Assembly (NCBI GenBank): GCA_044229175.1
Contig: JBGATM010000020.1
Span: 1,754 to 65,753 of the forward strand
Direction of reading: 5' to 3'
From: Vicinamibacteria bacterium
GTDB taxonomy: Bacteria; Acidobacteriota; Vicinamibacteria; Fen-336; JAGNNV01
DNA: 64,000 bases
In this document: piece after piece, positions 36,741 to 47,497 of the stretch
How positions within the stretch are numbered: position 1 is the stretch's first letter
Layout of the letters: the number at the start of each line of letters is the position of its first letter
Notes under the pieces: generated by a model
Databases searched by the model: none
What the model was told of the DNA's origin: nothing
What the model saw: only the letters and a program-made list of their open reading frames with translations
Position numbers and translations under genes: made by a program

Positions 36741-38081
36741 ATGCGGCAACCGACTCGACTCATCTGGCTCCCAACTCTGGTGGCGCTCTTCGCGTCGGGC
36801 GACGCCCTCGCGCAGAAGCGGGCGGTCGCCGCCGTCTCCAACCCCGCGTCCCTTCAGGCCGCCATCGACAAGGCGGCCGACGCCATCCTCCCGAAGGTGG
36901 TGGCGTGGCGTCGCGACTTTCATGAGCATCCCGAACTTGGCAACCGCGAGGTCCGCACCGCGAAGATCGTGGCCGACGAGCTGCGGTCTCTCGGCTTCGA
37001 GGTAAAGACCGGAGTCGCGAAGACCGGCGTGGTCGGACTTCTGCGCGGAGCGAAGCCCGGTCCCGTGGTGGCGCTGCGCTCGGACATGGATGGCCTTCCC
37101 GTCGCCGAGGAGGTCGATCTGCCCTTCAAGTCGAAGGAGACCACAGAGTGGGCGGGGCAGAAGACCGGGGTCATGCACGCCTGCGGTCACGACAATCACC
37201 TCGCCATCCTGCTCGGAACCGCGCACGTCCTGGCCGATCTCAAGCCGCAACTCGCGGGGAGCGTGAAGTTCATCTTCCAGCCCGCCGAGGAAGGACCTCC
37301 GCCTGGCGAAGAGGGTGGCGCGGCCTTGATGGTGAAAGAGGGCGTGCTGGAAAACCCCAAGGTCGATGCGATCTTCGGGCTCCATGTTTTCCCCTACGAG
37401 ACCGGTACCCTGGCCTGGCGCGCGCGCGGCATCATGGCCGCCGGCGACACGATCGAGATCGTGGTGAAGGGACGGCAGACCCACGGCGCTCAGCCCTGGG
37501 CGGGTGTCGACCCCATCGTGGTGGGGTCGCAGATCGTGCTCGGTCTCCAGACCCTGGTGTCGCGACAGATCGACCAGACCGTTGCCCCGGCCATCGTGAC
37601 CATCGGCGCCTTCAACGGGGGCAACCGCCACAACATCATTCCCAACGAAGTGAAGATGATCGGGACCCTTCGCACCTACGACAAGCCGATGCGAGAGCTG
37701 CTGATGGAGCGGATCCAAAGGACCGCGACCATGATCGCGCAGAGCGCGGGGGCGTCGGCCGAGGTCTCGTTCGGTCAGGGCCTCCCCGTCACCTACAACG
37801 ATCCCGCCCTCACCGCGAGAATGGACGCGACGCTGCGGCGGGTGGGCGGGGCGAAGGCCGTCCCCGACATGAACCCGGTGACGCCCTCCGAAGACTTCTC
37901 GTTCTTCCAGGAGAAAGTGCCCGGCGTCTTCTTCTTCCTCGGCGTCACCCCGAAGGGCACGCCGCCCGCCGACATCTACGCGAACCACTCCCCGCGCTTC
38001 TTCGCGGATGAAGCGGCGCTCATCACCGGCGTGCGGGCCATGTCGAACATGGCCGTCGACTATCTGACACCTAGGAATTGA
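36741..38081 (+). CDS. secreted M20D-family amidohydrolase (aminoacylase/carboxypeptidase-like)
   Basis: Signal peptide, then FHEHPELGNRE, MHACGHDNH, QPAEEG and GSEDFSFF-like (PSEDFSFF) motifs of M20D. RBS GGAGGA lies before ATG 36741. Confidence 0.88.
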   Translation: MRQPTRLIWLPTLVALFASGDALAQKRAVAAVSNPASLQAAIDKAADAILPKVVAWRRDFHEHPELGNREVRTAKIVADELRSLGFEVKTGVAKTGVVGLLRGAKPGPVVALRSDMDGLPVAEEVDLPFKSKETTEWAGQKTGVMHACGHDNHLAILLGTAHVLADLKPQLAGSVKFIFQPAEEGPPPGEEGGAALMVKEGVLENPKVDAIFGLHVFPYETGTLAWRARGIMAAGDTIEIVVKGRQTHGAQPWAGVDPIVVGSQIVLGLQTLVSRQIDQTVAPAIVTIGAFNGGNRHNIIPNEVKMIGTLRTYDKPMRELLMERIQRTATMIAQSAGASAEVSFGQGLPVTYNDPALTARMDATLRRVGGAKAVPDMNPVTPSEDFSFFQEKVPGVFFFLGVTPKGTPPADIYANHSPRFFADEAALITGVRAMSNMAVDYLTPRN

Positions 38082-38652
38082 GTCGGCTCGTGGTCTCGAT
38101 CAACTGACGGACCACGGTGAGGACCGACTTCTGCTGCCAGGCCTGGACGAGCGAGCCGTCATCGGCGAAGGCCTGGTCGGCCTTGGGAAGCGGGAACTGA
38201 TCCGCGATTACGTGGGCCAGGAGCTTGCTGAGCGAATGGCGCAGGTGGGTCAGGCAGACCACGCCGCCGAAGGCGCCCGGTGAGGCGGACATCAGGGCGA
38301 TGACCTTGCCCCGGTAGGGTTCGAGGCCGCTGCGTCCGTCGACATCGCGGCTCAGCCAGTCGATCGCGTTCTTGAGCAGCGAGGGGATGGTGCCGTTGTT
38401 CTCCGGCGAGACGATGAGGAAGGCCGGGTGCGATACGAACAGTTCGCGGAGTTTGCGGGCGAAGGGCGGCATGCCCTCGCGGGCCTCGAGATCGCCCTCG
38501 TAGATCGGCATGGGGTAGTCGCGCAGGTCGATGAAGGTGGCCTCGCCCCCGTTGTCATCGATGGCCTTCGCGGCCGCCCGCGCGAGCTTCTTGTTGAGGG
38601 AGGCTTCCCGGGCGCTGCCCGCGAACACGAGGATCTTCGGCTTTGGGGTCAT
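38071..38652 (-). CDS. NAD(P)H-dependent FMN reductase
   Basis: KILVFAGSAREASLNKKLA and SPENNGTIPSLLKNAIDWLS are characteristic of the FMN_red family. Confidence 0.88.
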   Translation of the reverse strand: MTPKPKILVFAGSAREASLNKKLARAAAKAIDDNGGEATFIDLRDYPMPIYEGDLEAREGMPPFARKLRELFVSHPAFLIVSPENNGTIPSLLKNAIDWLSRDVDGRSGLEPYRGKVIALMSASPGAFGGVVCLTHLRHSLSKLLAHVIADQFPLPKADQAFADDGSLVQAWQQKSVLTVVRQLIETTSRLNS

Positions 38653-38664
38653 GGCGAATCTCCG

Positions 38665-39813
38665 TCAGAGGTGGGTGATAAGGGTCTCGACATCGGCCGA
38701 GTCGTGGTACATGCCGAATCCGAAGCGAAGGCGATCCCCCCGGTGATCCACGATGACGTTCCTGGCCGCGAGTCGCTCCGCGATCGTGGCCGCGTCGGAC
38801 CGGCGGAAGGTCAGGAAATGGCCGAGGCCGGAAACGCCGTCATGGGGCGCGATCAGATCCTCCGCTGCGAGGACGGCGCCCTTCTTCTCGCGCAGGAGAT
38901 CGAGGAAGAGCCTTTGCAGCGCCTTGACGTGGTCGTCGACCGCCGCGATGGTGATGCCACGGGACTCGAACAGGCGAGCCACCGCGTTGAAGCGGTAGAG
39001 GCCCACGGGGTCGAAGGTGGCGCCCATGAAACGGAAGCCGTCGTTCGAGAAGGGAACCCGATTGAAGTCACCGCCCTCGAGCGCTCCGAACCCGGCGAAC
39101 CACCCGGTGTTGAGCGGCCGGTCCTCGAAGCCGCGGGGCACGCTCAGGAAGCAGACGCCCTCGCCGCTCTGCGCGTACTTGTAGCCGCCGGCGAGGAAGA
39201 AGGCGCGGTCCGCGATCTTGCGGAGGCTCACAGGGAGCGCGAAGAAGGCGTGGTAGCCGTCGATCACGACCATCGACCCGGGCGCCGGAGCGCTCACGAT
39301 GGCCTCGATCTCCTTGACCACGAAACCGGAATTGAAGAACACCTGGCTGAAGAAGACGAGGTCGTTGTCGGGTTCGCCCGCGGCCTCGATGAAGCGCGCG
39401 GTGAAGGAGGAGAAAGGCTCGGCGGGCACGCGGACGACTTTCACCAGCTGCTCCTCCTCCAGGCGGGCGATCTGTCTCGAGAAGCTCAGGAACTCGGAAT
39501 CGGTGGTCACCACCTTGAGCTTCCGCCCGGGCGGGAAGCAGGAAAGGAGGCGTATCACGAACTCGTGGGTGTTGGGCGCGAATGCGATCTGCCCCGCCTC
39601 GGGCAGGTCGAGGACCCGCGCGATATGGCTTTGGGCCTCGGTCGCCACGGAGCCGAACACCCGGTCCCACTTCAGATCGGCGAGCCGCGCCGCGTCCTCC
39701 CAGGCCTCGATCTGGGCATCGCGCGTCACGTCCGGCCAGGGGTGATGCGAGTGCGCGGCGAAGTGCAGCCGTCCGGGCGCGGCCTGAAAGAACCGGGAAT
39801 AGTGGCTCTTCAT
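38665..39813 (-). CDS. kynureninase-like class V-fold PLP-dependent enzyme
   Basis: GGYKYAQSG (compare the kynureninase CTYKYLNGG PLP-Lys), NTGWFAG (compare SGWFGH), and C-terminal HFLTFR...RNVIVDHRGDRLRFGF (compare SHVSFEH...GVIGDYREPRIMRFGF), all from memory of Pseudomonas KynU. Shorter (382 aa) than canonical KynU. Confidence 0.7.
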   Translation of the reverse strand: MKSHYSRFFQAAPGRLHFAAHSHHPWPDVTRDAQIEAWEDAARLADLKWDRVFGSVATEAQSHIARVLDLPEAGQIAFAPNTHEFVIRLLSCFPPGRKLKVVTTDSEFLSFSRQIARLEEEQLVKVVRVPAEPFSSFTARFIEAAGEPDNDLVFFSQVFFNSGFVVKEIEAIVSAPAPGSMVVIDGYHAFFALPVSLRKIADRAFFLAGGYKYAQSGEGVCFLSVPRGFEDRPLNTGWFAGFGALEGGDFNRVPFSNDGFRFMGATFDPVGLYRFNAVARLFESRGITIAAVDDHVKALQRLFLDLLREKKGAVLAAEDLIAPHDGVSGLGHFLTFRRSDAATIAERLAARNVIVDHRGDRLRFGFGMYHDSADVETLITHL

Positions 39814-39855
39814 GCGCGGCGCGGGTGACTCGATGCGATGATCCAGGGAGCCTTC

Positions 39856-40680
39856 ATGCGTTGGTCAATTCTCCCCTTATTCCTCGTCCCTCTCGCAATC
39901 GCCGGTTGCGGCGGGAAGGCGGATGTGGTCGAAACGGACTCGCCGCTGGCCTCGGAACTGAAGCTGCTGGAGCGGCAGGTGTCGTCTCTGCGCGCCGCCG
40001 TCTCGGACGCGAAGAAGGGCCAACTGTTCGCGCCCGGCGACCTGGCCGTGAGCGTGTCCGACGAGGTGGTGCAGAAAGCGTTGTCCCAGGCCCTTCCCAT
40101 CGAGCGCCCGTTGAACGCCGAATTCCGGGCGCGCATCGACCGCGCCCTCATGTCCTTCCGTTCCATGCAGGGCTCGGTGCGGCTCGAGGGCCGCGTGTGG
40201 GCGGTCAAGGACCCCGGGACCTCGGCCGATCTCGTCCTCCTGGGCGGCATTCACGAGGTCGAGGTGGACCGGGCGAGCGGCAGCCTCACCGCGGAGATCG
40301 TCCTCGATGGCTGGGATGTCCAGCGCGCGTCCGCGGCCGGCGCGGAGATGGATTGGATCAAGCCCCTGGTCCGGCTTCTGGGCCAGCGGGGAATCGCCGC
40401 TCTTCGCGATCTCGTGCCCGCCGTTCACATTCCCGTGCGAATCGAGAGAGAGATCGATCTTCCCGGAGTTTCCGGCGGTGTCGTGACCATCCCGGCGGGG
40501 CGGCTGCCCCTCGACGCCAGAGTCTCGCGCGTCCTTCCGCTGTCCGAGCGCCTGTGGGCGATGATCCACCTCACGACCACGGGATGGGAGCCTGCCCCCG
40601 CGGCCGCGGCGGCGTCCGCCGGTTCGGGGCGCGCAGGAGCGGGCCGCGGGAGTGGGGCGCCGGAGAGGCTAAAAAGGTGA
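39856..40680 (+). CDS. hypothetical lipoprotein
   Basis: Lipobox LAIAGC, a coiled segment (ELKLLERQVSSLRAAVSDAKKG), then a beta-rich domain. No family recognised. Confidence 0.6.
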   Translation: MRWSILPLFLVPLAIAGCGGKADVVETDSPLASELKLLERQVSSLRAAVSDAKKGQLFAPGDLAVSVSDEVVQKALSQALPIERPLNAEFRARIDRALMSFRSMQGSVRLEGRVWAVKDPGTSADLVLLGGIHEVEVDRASGSLTAEIVLDGWDVQRASAAGAEMDWIKPLVRLLGQRGIAALRDLVPAVHIPVRIEREIDLPGVSGGVVTIPAGRLPLDARVSRVLPLSERLWAMIHLTTTGWEPAPAAAAASAGSGRAGAGRGSGAPERLKR

Positions 40681-41699
40681 GGGGCCCCCGTCTTCTCTTG
40701 AGCGCCGCCTTCGCGGCCATGGCCTCGGGGACAGGTCCGCGCCCCGCCGCGCCCATGACCGAGGAGGCCACGCGGCAGCGGATCGAGGCGCTCAAGGCCG
40801 AGCGACTGAAGCTCCAGGACGACCTGCGCTCCCTGCTCCCCGCCGAGGCGAGGCTCAACGATGCCCCGCAAGGAGATGTCCTCATCGGCGCGCCTTCGAT
40901 TCTCGTCGAGTCCATTGTATCGGAAGCGCTTCTCGGTCCGCTTCGGAACGTGCGCCTCACTCTCAGGAACGTGGCGAAGGTCGAACTCGCGGACGAGGTC
41001 CGGACGAAGACCTTTGTGGGCGTGATCACGCTCGGAACCTACGCCCTGACCGTCAACGTCCTCGAGGCGAACGCGGTCATGAAGCCGAAGACGCCGAAGC
41101 TCAGCTTCGGCTCGAACCGCATCGCCGTCGATCTGCCGGTGAGCGTCGAGGCGGGCCAGGTCAAGGCGAAGCTCACCTTCAAGTGGGATGGCCGGAATCT
41201 CGCGGGAGTGGTTTGCGGCGACCTGAGCGCCGAGCACGAGATGCAGGCGACGATCCCTCCCGTCCTCGTGCACCTCCGCGGCCGGTTCGACGTGCAGGCG
41301 CGGGAGGAACAGCTCATCGTCAAGCCGCGCATCGCGCCCATCGACATCGCTTTCAAGGTCGAGCCGCCGCAGCGAACCTGGGACTTCATCGACAAGCTGA
41401 TCGCGAGCAAGAACGCGGTCTGCGAGGCCGCGCTGCGCAAGGCCGAGGTCTCCCGGAAGGTGAAGGATCTGATCTCCCACGGCTTCAGGATTGCCGTGCC
41501 CATGCACTGGCTCCACGAAACCGCCCTGCCCGCGTCCTTCCGCGACACCCTCGAGGTTGAGGGTGCGAGCGCGGGCCTCGCCATCACTCCGAGCGGGGTT
41601 TCCATTACGAAGACGCGAATCTGGTACGGGGCGAACGTGACCATCAGGAAACAGAAGGCGAGGAAGACTCTTCGCCCCAGCACGCCGGACCGAGAGTGA
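40677..41699 (+). CDS. hypothetical secreted protein, distant paralogue of the upstream lipoprotein
   Basis: GTG 40677 overlaps the upstream stop (GTGA). Has a hydrophobic N-terminus, a coiled segment (RQRIEALKAERLKLQDDLRSL), then GDVLIGAPSILVESIVSEALLGP, which parallels GDLAVSVSDEVVQKALSQALP of the neighbour. Confidence 0.55.
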   Translation: MRGPRLLLSAAFAAMASGTGPRPAAPMTEEATRQRIEALKAERLKLQDDLRSLLPAEARLNDAPQGDVLIGAPSILVESIVSEALLGPLRNVRLTLRNVAKVELADEVRTKTFVGVITLGTYALTVNVLEANAVMKPKTPKLSFGSNRIAVDLPVSVEAGQVKAKLTFKWDGRNLAGVVCGDLSAEHEMQATIPPVLVHLRGRFDVQAREEQLIVKPRIAPIDIAFKVEPPQRTWDFIDKLIASKNAVCEAALRKAEVSRKVKDLISHGFRIAVPMHWLHETALPASFRDTLEVEGASAGLAITPSGVSITKTRIWYGANVTIRKQKARKTLRPSTPDRE

Positions 41700-43224
41700 A
41701 GAGGAACGTGGCGCCGGACCGAAGACCGGAAGACTCGGTCCAGATTCGTCCGCCGTGGGCCTCCACGATGCGCTTGGCCAGGGAGAGTCCCACCCCCGTG
41801 CCCTCGGCCTTGGGGTCGAGCTTCTCGAAGATATTGAAGATGCGCTCGGCGTAGGCCGGGTCGATGCCCAGGCCGTTGTCGCGAACGAAGAACGCCGGAT
41901 CCGCGCCCGGACGGAGGCCGATCTCGACGAGCGGCGGCCGGCCGGGGACCACGAACTTGCACGCGTTCTCCAGGAGGTTCTGGACCACCTCCAGAAGACG
42001 CCGGCGGTCCACCTTCACCGTGGGCAGGCCCTCTTCGATCCGCACCACCACGCCCTTCTCCGTCAACTGGCCCTGGAGAAGTTCGACCGCCTCCCGGGCC
42101 AGGTCTCCCAAGGCCACGGTCTCGGCCGGGTTCACGATGCGTCCCACTCGCGAGAGCTGGAGCAGGTCGGTGAGGAGGCTCTGCATCTTCTCGGTGGCCC
42201 CGGAGATGCGCGCGAGATCGCGCCGGACCTGCTCGGGCGCGTTCGGGCCGAGGTCGGTGGCGATCATCCCGGTGAAGCCCCGAATGGTGACGAGCGGGCT
42301 CTTGAGATCGTGCGACACCGTGTAGGTGAATCGCTCCAGTTCGGCGTTCTTGCGGCCGAGGTCGGCGAGGAGCTCGCTGCGTTCCGCCTCCGCTCGCCGC
42401 AGGCGCGCGGTTTCCTCCTGCAGGGCGGCCTGGTGGTTGCGCACGTTCAGGGACATGGTCCGAAGGGCCCGGGCGAGCTCCCCGAGTTCGTCGGTCGACT
42501 CGGTGGGGAGCGGGTATTCGAGATTGCCCTCGGCGAAGGCCCGGGCCGCGCGGCTCATCTCGGCGAGGGGCTGACCGAGGGAGCGGGAGAGCCGGACGCT
42601 CGTGATGACTCCGAGGGCCAGGGAGAAAGCGAAGGCGATGATGAACAGGGCCAGCAGGGAGGTCCGATGAGAGGCCCAGAGGTTGGAGGTCTGTTCGTCG
42701 ATCCGGCGCAATCCGGCCTGCGACGGATCCTCCGCGAAGGTAACCGCCGCGAAGCCGGCGAGAGTGCCTCCGGACTGAATGGCGAAGCGGACCTGGCGCT
42801 TGCCGTTCTCGTCGGTCATCAGCACCGCGCCCGAGTCGATGGACGGCCACACCCCCTCGATGACGTTTCCGAAATTCAACTTGGCGTCCGTCCCGTCGGT
42901 CATGACCCGGTGGGACGTATCCACCACCACGAAGTCCCGCACCGGCAGCCAGCGCCGAACCCGCTCTATCTCTTCATCGATGCGCTCGACGTCGAAGCGA
43001 AAGACCGGGTTGAACATCCGGCCGGCGAGGTATTGCGCGGTCCCCCGCAGCCGCTCGTCTTCGTTGGCGCTTTGCACCGTGGTGATGGCGTCGCGGATCT
43101 GCCGCTGCAGGGTGTTGGCCTGACGGAACGCGATGAGACCCGCGGCGGCCAGAGCGAGAGTGATGCTCACCAGGGTGAACGCGGACAGATAGACCGCGTA
43201 GCGCCGGCCCAGGCCGATCTGCAT
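41644..43224 (-). CDS. membrane sensor histidine kinase (periplasmic domain - HAMP - HisKA - HATPase)
   Basis: Two TM helices flank a ~170-aa periplasmic region. Has a HAMP domain (LGQPLAEMSRAARAFAEGNLEYPL), the H-box FTYTVSHDLKSPL, and DNGLGI / GTGVGLSLA. Confidence 0.88.
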   Translation of the reverse strand: MQIGLGRRYAVYLSAFTLVSITLALAAAGLIAFRQANTLQRQIRDAITTVQSANEDERLRGTAQYLAGRMFNPVFRFDVERIDEEIERVRRWLPVRDFVVVDTSHRVMTDGTDAKLNFGNVIEGVWPSIDSGAVLMTDENGKRQVRFAIQSGGTLAGFAAVTFAEDPSQAGLRRIDEQTSNLWASHRTSLLALFIIAFAFSLALGVITSVRLSRSLGQPLAEMSRAARAFAEGNLEYPLPTESTDELGELARALRTMSLNVRNHQAALQEETARLRRAEAERSELLADLGRKNAELERFTYTVSHDLKSPLVTIRGFTGMIATDLGPNAPEQVRRDLARISGATEKMQSLLTDLLQLSRVGRIVNPAETVALGDLAREAVELLQGQLTEKGVVVRIEEGLPTVKVDRRRLLEVVQNLLENACKFVVPGRPPLVEIGLRPGADPAFFVRDNGLGIDPAYAERIFNIFEKLDPKAEGTGVGLSLAKRIVEAHGGRIWTESSGLRSGATFLFTLGPACWGEESSSPSVS

Positions 43225-43239
43225 GGCGTTAGGGTGTGG

Positions 43240-44178
43240 TCACCTGGGGGGGGAAGCGCCCTTGAGGGCGAGCCGCCACTCCCCGATGTCGGCGAGATCC
43301 TTGGCGGTGAGCCGCTCGAACCGCGTGATCCCCGCGGCGCTGGCCAGAGCGCTCTGGCCGGCGGCGTCCTTGTGCATGGCCAGCAGAACATCCTCGCACG
43401 CGTGCTCCACTTCGGGGTCGAGGCCGACGCGGAGAGACAGAGCGCCTCGCAGGAGCGGGCGGGTTTCGTGGAAGATCACCAGCTCGTTCCGGACCTTCTC
43501 CGGCAGGCGCGCCCAGTCGCTGTCGTTGAAAGCCCCGGCGTCGCCCTTCCCGTTGAGGACCCAGATGGCCTGGTTCAACTCGGCGCCGGCCAGAAGGTAG
43601 AACGCCTCGCCCTTGCGGCCCGCGGCCTGGCCCGAAGGCACGAGCCCGATCCCGCGGCGGGCCAGCTCGGCCCGCGGCACGGCGAAGGCCGAGGTGGAGC
43701 GTTCGGCCTGGAGAACCAGGGTTCGTCCCCGGAGATCCTCCAGGGTCTTGATGGCGCCGTTCCGGCGGGCGAAGAAGACGCTGTGGTACTCGCGCTGATC
43801 GCGCCTCACGATCGCCAGATGAGGCATCAGCTTCTGACCGCTCCGCTCCTGCAGTTCGAGGGTGGGAAACACGCTTTCGATCACCATGTCCACCTCGCCC
43901 TGTCTCAGGCGCTGCGTCAGTTCGGTGAGATCCCTGGTGATCACGAGAGGCGCCACGTTTATTCCCCTGGGGGCCAGGCGCTTCCGCATCTCGGCCAGCA
44001 GATCGGCGAAGACCCGCAGCATGTGATCGGGCTCGTTCGCCTCTTCCGCGATGACTCCGAACCGCAGTTCCCTCGTGATCGAGGGGGCGGCGCGCAGCGG
44101 GAGCGCGTTCGCGCTCAGGATGAAGAGCAGGAGACAGGCCTTCGCGAACCGCTCGCGCCAGGGCCGGGACGCACTCAT
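43240..44178 (-). CDS. PhnD-like periplasmic binding-protein-fold protein (sensor accessory)
   Basis: Signal/anchor LLLFILSANALPLRA. LRFGVIAEE... and LRGRTLVLQAERSTSAF... are typical of the phosphonate/PhnD-type PBP fold. Its ATG 44178 overlaps the upstream response regulator's stop (ATGA). Confidence 0.65.
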   Translation of the reverse strand: MSASRPWRERFAKACLLLFILSANALPLRAAPSITRELRFGVIAEEANEPDHMLRVFADLLAEMRKRLAPRGINVAPLVITRDLTELTQRLRQGEVDMVIESVFPTLELQERSGQKLMPHLAIVRRDQREYHSVFFARRNGAIKTLEDLRGRTLVLQAERSTSAFAVPRAELARRGIGLVPSGQAAGRKGEAFYLLAGAELNQAIWVLNGKGDAGAFNDSDWARLPEKVRNELVIFHETRPLLRGALSLRVGLDPEVEHACEDVLLAMHKDAAGQSALASAAGITRFERLTAKDLADIGEWRLALKGASPPR

Positions 44179-44645
44179 GCGGGAAGGACCGGCGCGGCCG
44201 GGCGCACTCGGGGCCGTGCGTTCCATACCGTCCAGTACTGACTCAGGGCCCGCATCAGCCGGCTGAAGTGATCGAAGGAAACGGGCTTGGCCAGATAGCT
44301 GTTGGCGTGGAGATGATAGGCGCGGGCGATGTCCGAGGGCGCGCTCGAGGTGGTGAGGACTACGACCGGAACCGGCCGCAGGCTTTGGACTTCCTTGATT
44401 CTCCGGAGCACGTCGAGGCCGTCGATCCTGGGCAGGCGGAGGTCGAGGAGCACGAGGCCGGGGGTTTCGTTTCTCTCCCGGCCGGCCGAAGCGCTCGACA
44501 GCCCGAGATAGTCGAGGGCGGCCTCTCCGTCGCGGGCGTGCACGACCCTGACCTGGTCGGAGGCCTCGCGAAGAGTCCGCTTGAGCAGCTCCGCGTGGTC
44601 TTCATTGTCTTCGACCAGCAGCACCAGCACGGGTTCTCGACTCAT
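44175..44645 (-). CDS. single-domain response regulator (Rcp1/phytochrome-associated type)
   Basis: VLLVEDNEDHAELL, LVLLDLRLPRIDG, VVVLTTS and ANSYLAKP. ATG 44645 overlaps the upstream stop. Confidence 0.88.
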   Translation of the reverse strand: MSREPVLVLLVEDNEDHAELLKRTLREASDQVRVVHARDGEAALDYLGLSSASAGRERNETPGLVLLDLRLPRIDGLDVLRRIKEVQSLRPVPVVVLTTSSAPSDIARAYHLHANSYLAKPVSFDHFSRLMRALSQYWTVWNARPRVRPAAPVLPA

Positions 44646-45856
44646 GACCGGGTGTCGGCGGGGTTTGCCGTCTTCCCCGTCCCCTCTTCCGAGTGAGCCC
44701 CGCGGACGCTGCCCGGCGCCTTCGGCTTTCCGCAGAGGAAGCCCTGGAGGAAATCGCAGCCGAGCTCGACGAGGACCGCCTTCTCGGCTTCGGTCTCGAC
44801 GCCCTCGGCCACGAGGGGAATGCCGAAGTCCCGGCACATCGCGGTCATCGAACGGACGAGGGTGCGCCGATAGGGATCGGAATCGATTCCCCGGACGATG
44901 GCCATGTCCAGCTTGACGATGTCCGGACGCAGCGCGGCGAAGCTGTTGAGCCCGGCGTAGCCCGCGCCCATGTCGTCTACCGCGATCCAGAAACCGAGTT
45001 CACGGAGCAGAGCGATCTTCTCCTTGAGATTCTTCACCTGATCGATGGAGTGCCGCTCCGTGATCTCGAAGATCACCTTGGAGCCGATGCCGCGCAGCGG
45101 GTTCTTCTCGGAATACAGATCCTCATCATCGAGTTCGAGGCTGTGAAGATTGATGAAGAGCGCGTGATCCTTGGAGATATCGGCGGTGGAGGCGACCTGG
45201 CGGACCCGGCGACCGAAACCGATGACCTTCCCCAGCTTCTCCGCGGCCTCGACCAGCATGGTGACGCTGGTGAAGCGGGTGGAAATGGACCGGGCCAGAA
45301 GCTCCACTCCGAAGATCACCCCATCCCGGGCGCCCACGATGGGCTGGGCGGCGAGCCACAAGCCGCCGAGGGCCTCTTCAAACGCAATCTCCATGCTCGC
45401 GCGATCGCCCACGAACTGGGAAGTCGGCCGGGTGATGGCCAGGGCGTCGCGCCGCCAGCGCGCGAGCCGCCCGAGCCGGACCGCCTGGTCCATGGTCTCG
45501 ATGATCTCCGCGGTGGCCGCGGGCTTGCGCAGATACCGGAGAGCGCCGCCCTCCACCGCCTCGATCGCGGTCTCCAGGCTCGGGCGCCCGGTCAGGAGGA
45601 CCACGGGGACATCGAGGTCGCGGGCCCGGATCATGCGCAGCATCTCCACTCCGGACAGTCCCGGCATGGAGATGTCGCTGATCACCGCCTCGGCTCCGCC
45701 CGGGACCAGTTTCTCGAGCGCTATCTCGCCGGTCTCCGCCTCTTCGACCTTGAAGCCAGCCTTCCGGAGGGTGTCCGCGACCACGAACCGGACATCGTTG
45801 TCATCGTCGACGACTAGAACCGTTCCGCGGTCCCGGGTGGCACCCTGTTCGGACAT
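44642..45856 (-). CDS. response regulator receiver + EAL c-di-GMP phosphodiesterase
   Basis: Receiver (VLVVDDDNDV, AVISDISMPGLSG, LLTG, KP). EAL domain motifs ELLAR, FINLH, FEITER, DDMGAGY, KLD, EGVE and QGF. Confidence 0.9.
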   Translation of the reverse strand: MSEQGATRDRGTVLVVDDDNDVRFVVADTLRKAGFKVEEAETGEIALEKLVPGGAEAVISDISMPGLSGVEMLRMIRARDLDVPVVLLTGRPSLETAIEAVEGGALRYLRKPAATAEIIETMDQAVRLGRLARWRRDALAITRPTSQFVGDRASMEIAFEEALGGLWLAAQPIVGARDGVIFGVELLARSISTRFTSVTMLVEAAEKLGKVIGFGRRVRQVASTADISKDHALFINLHSLELDDEDLYSEKNPLRGIGSKVIFEITERHSIDQVKNLKEKIALLRELGFWIAVDDMGAGYAGLNSFAALRPDIVKLDMAIVRGIDSDPYRRTLVRSMTAMCRDFGIPLVAEGVETEAEKAVLVELGCDFLQGFLCGKPKAPGSVRGAHSEEGTGKTANPADTRS

Positions 45857-45895
45857 AAAACCAGTATATGCGCTCGACCCGCGGACTTACGGGGG

Positions 45896-47472
<1,577 letters not shown>

Positions 47473-47497
<25 letters not shown>

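Noticed and set aside
34161-37988. 1275-aa ORF on the - strand, the longest in the track
   Set aside because: It is antisense to the well-supported ADOP permease and M20D genes. Its translation is Arg/Gly/His/Asp-rich low-complexity with no domains. It is a typical open antisense frame of GC-rich coding DNA.
39582-40676. Upstream extension of the 705-aa + ORF 39582-41699
   Set aside because: It overlaps the kynureninase-like gene (antisense) and the lipoprotein gene (other frame), and it is Arg/Pro/Gly junk. The real gene starts at GTG 40677.
41755-44241. 828-aa + strand ORF
   Set aside because: It is antisense to the HAMP kinase and the PhnD-like gene. It has no motifs, only junk composition.
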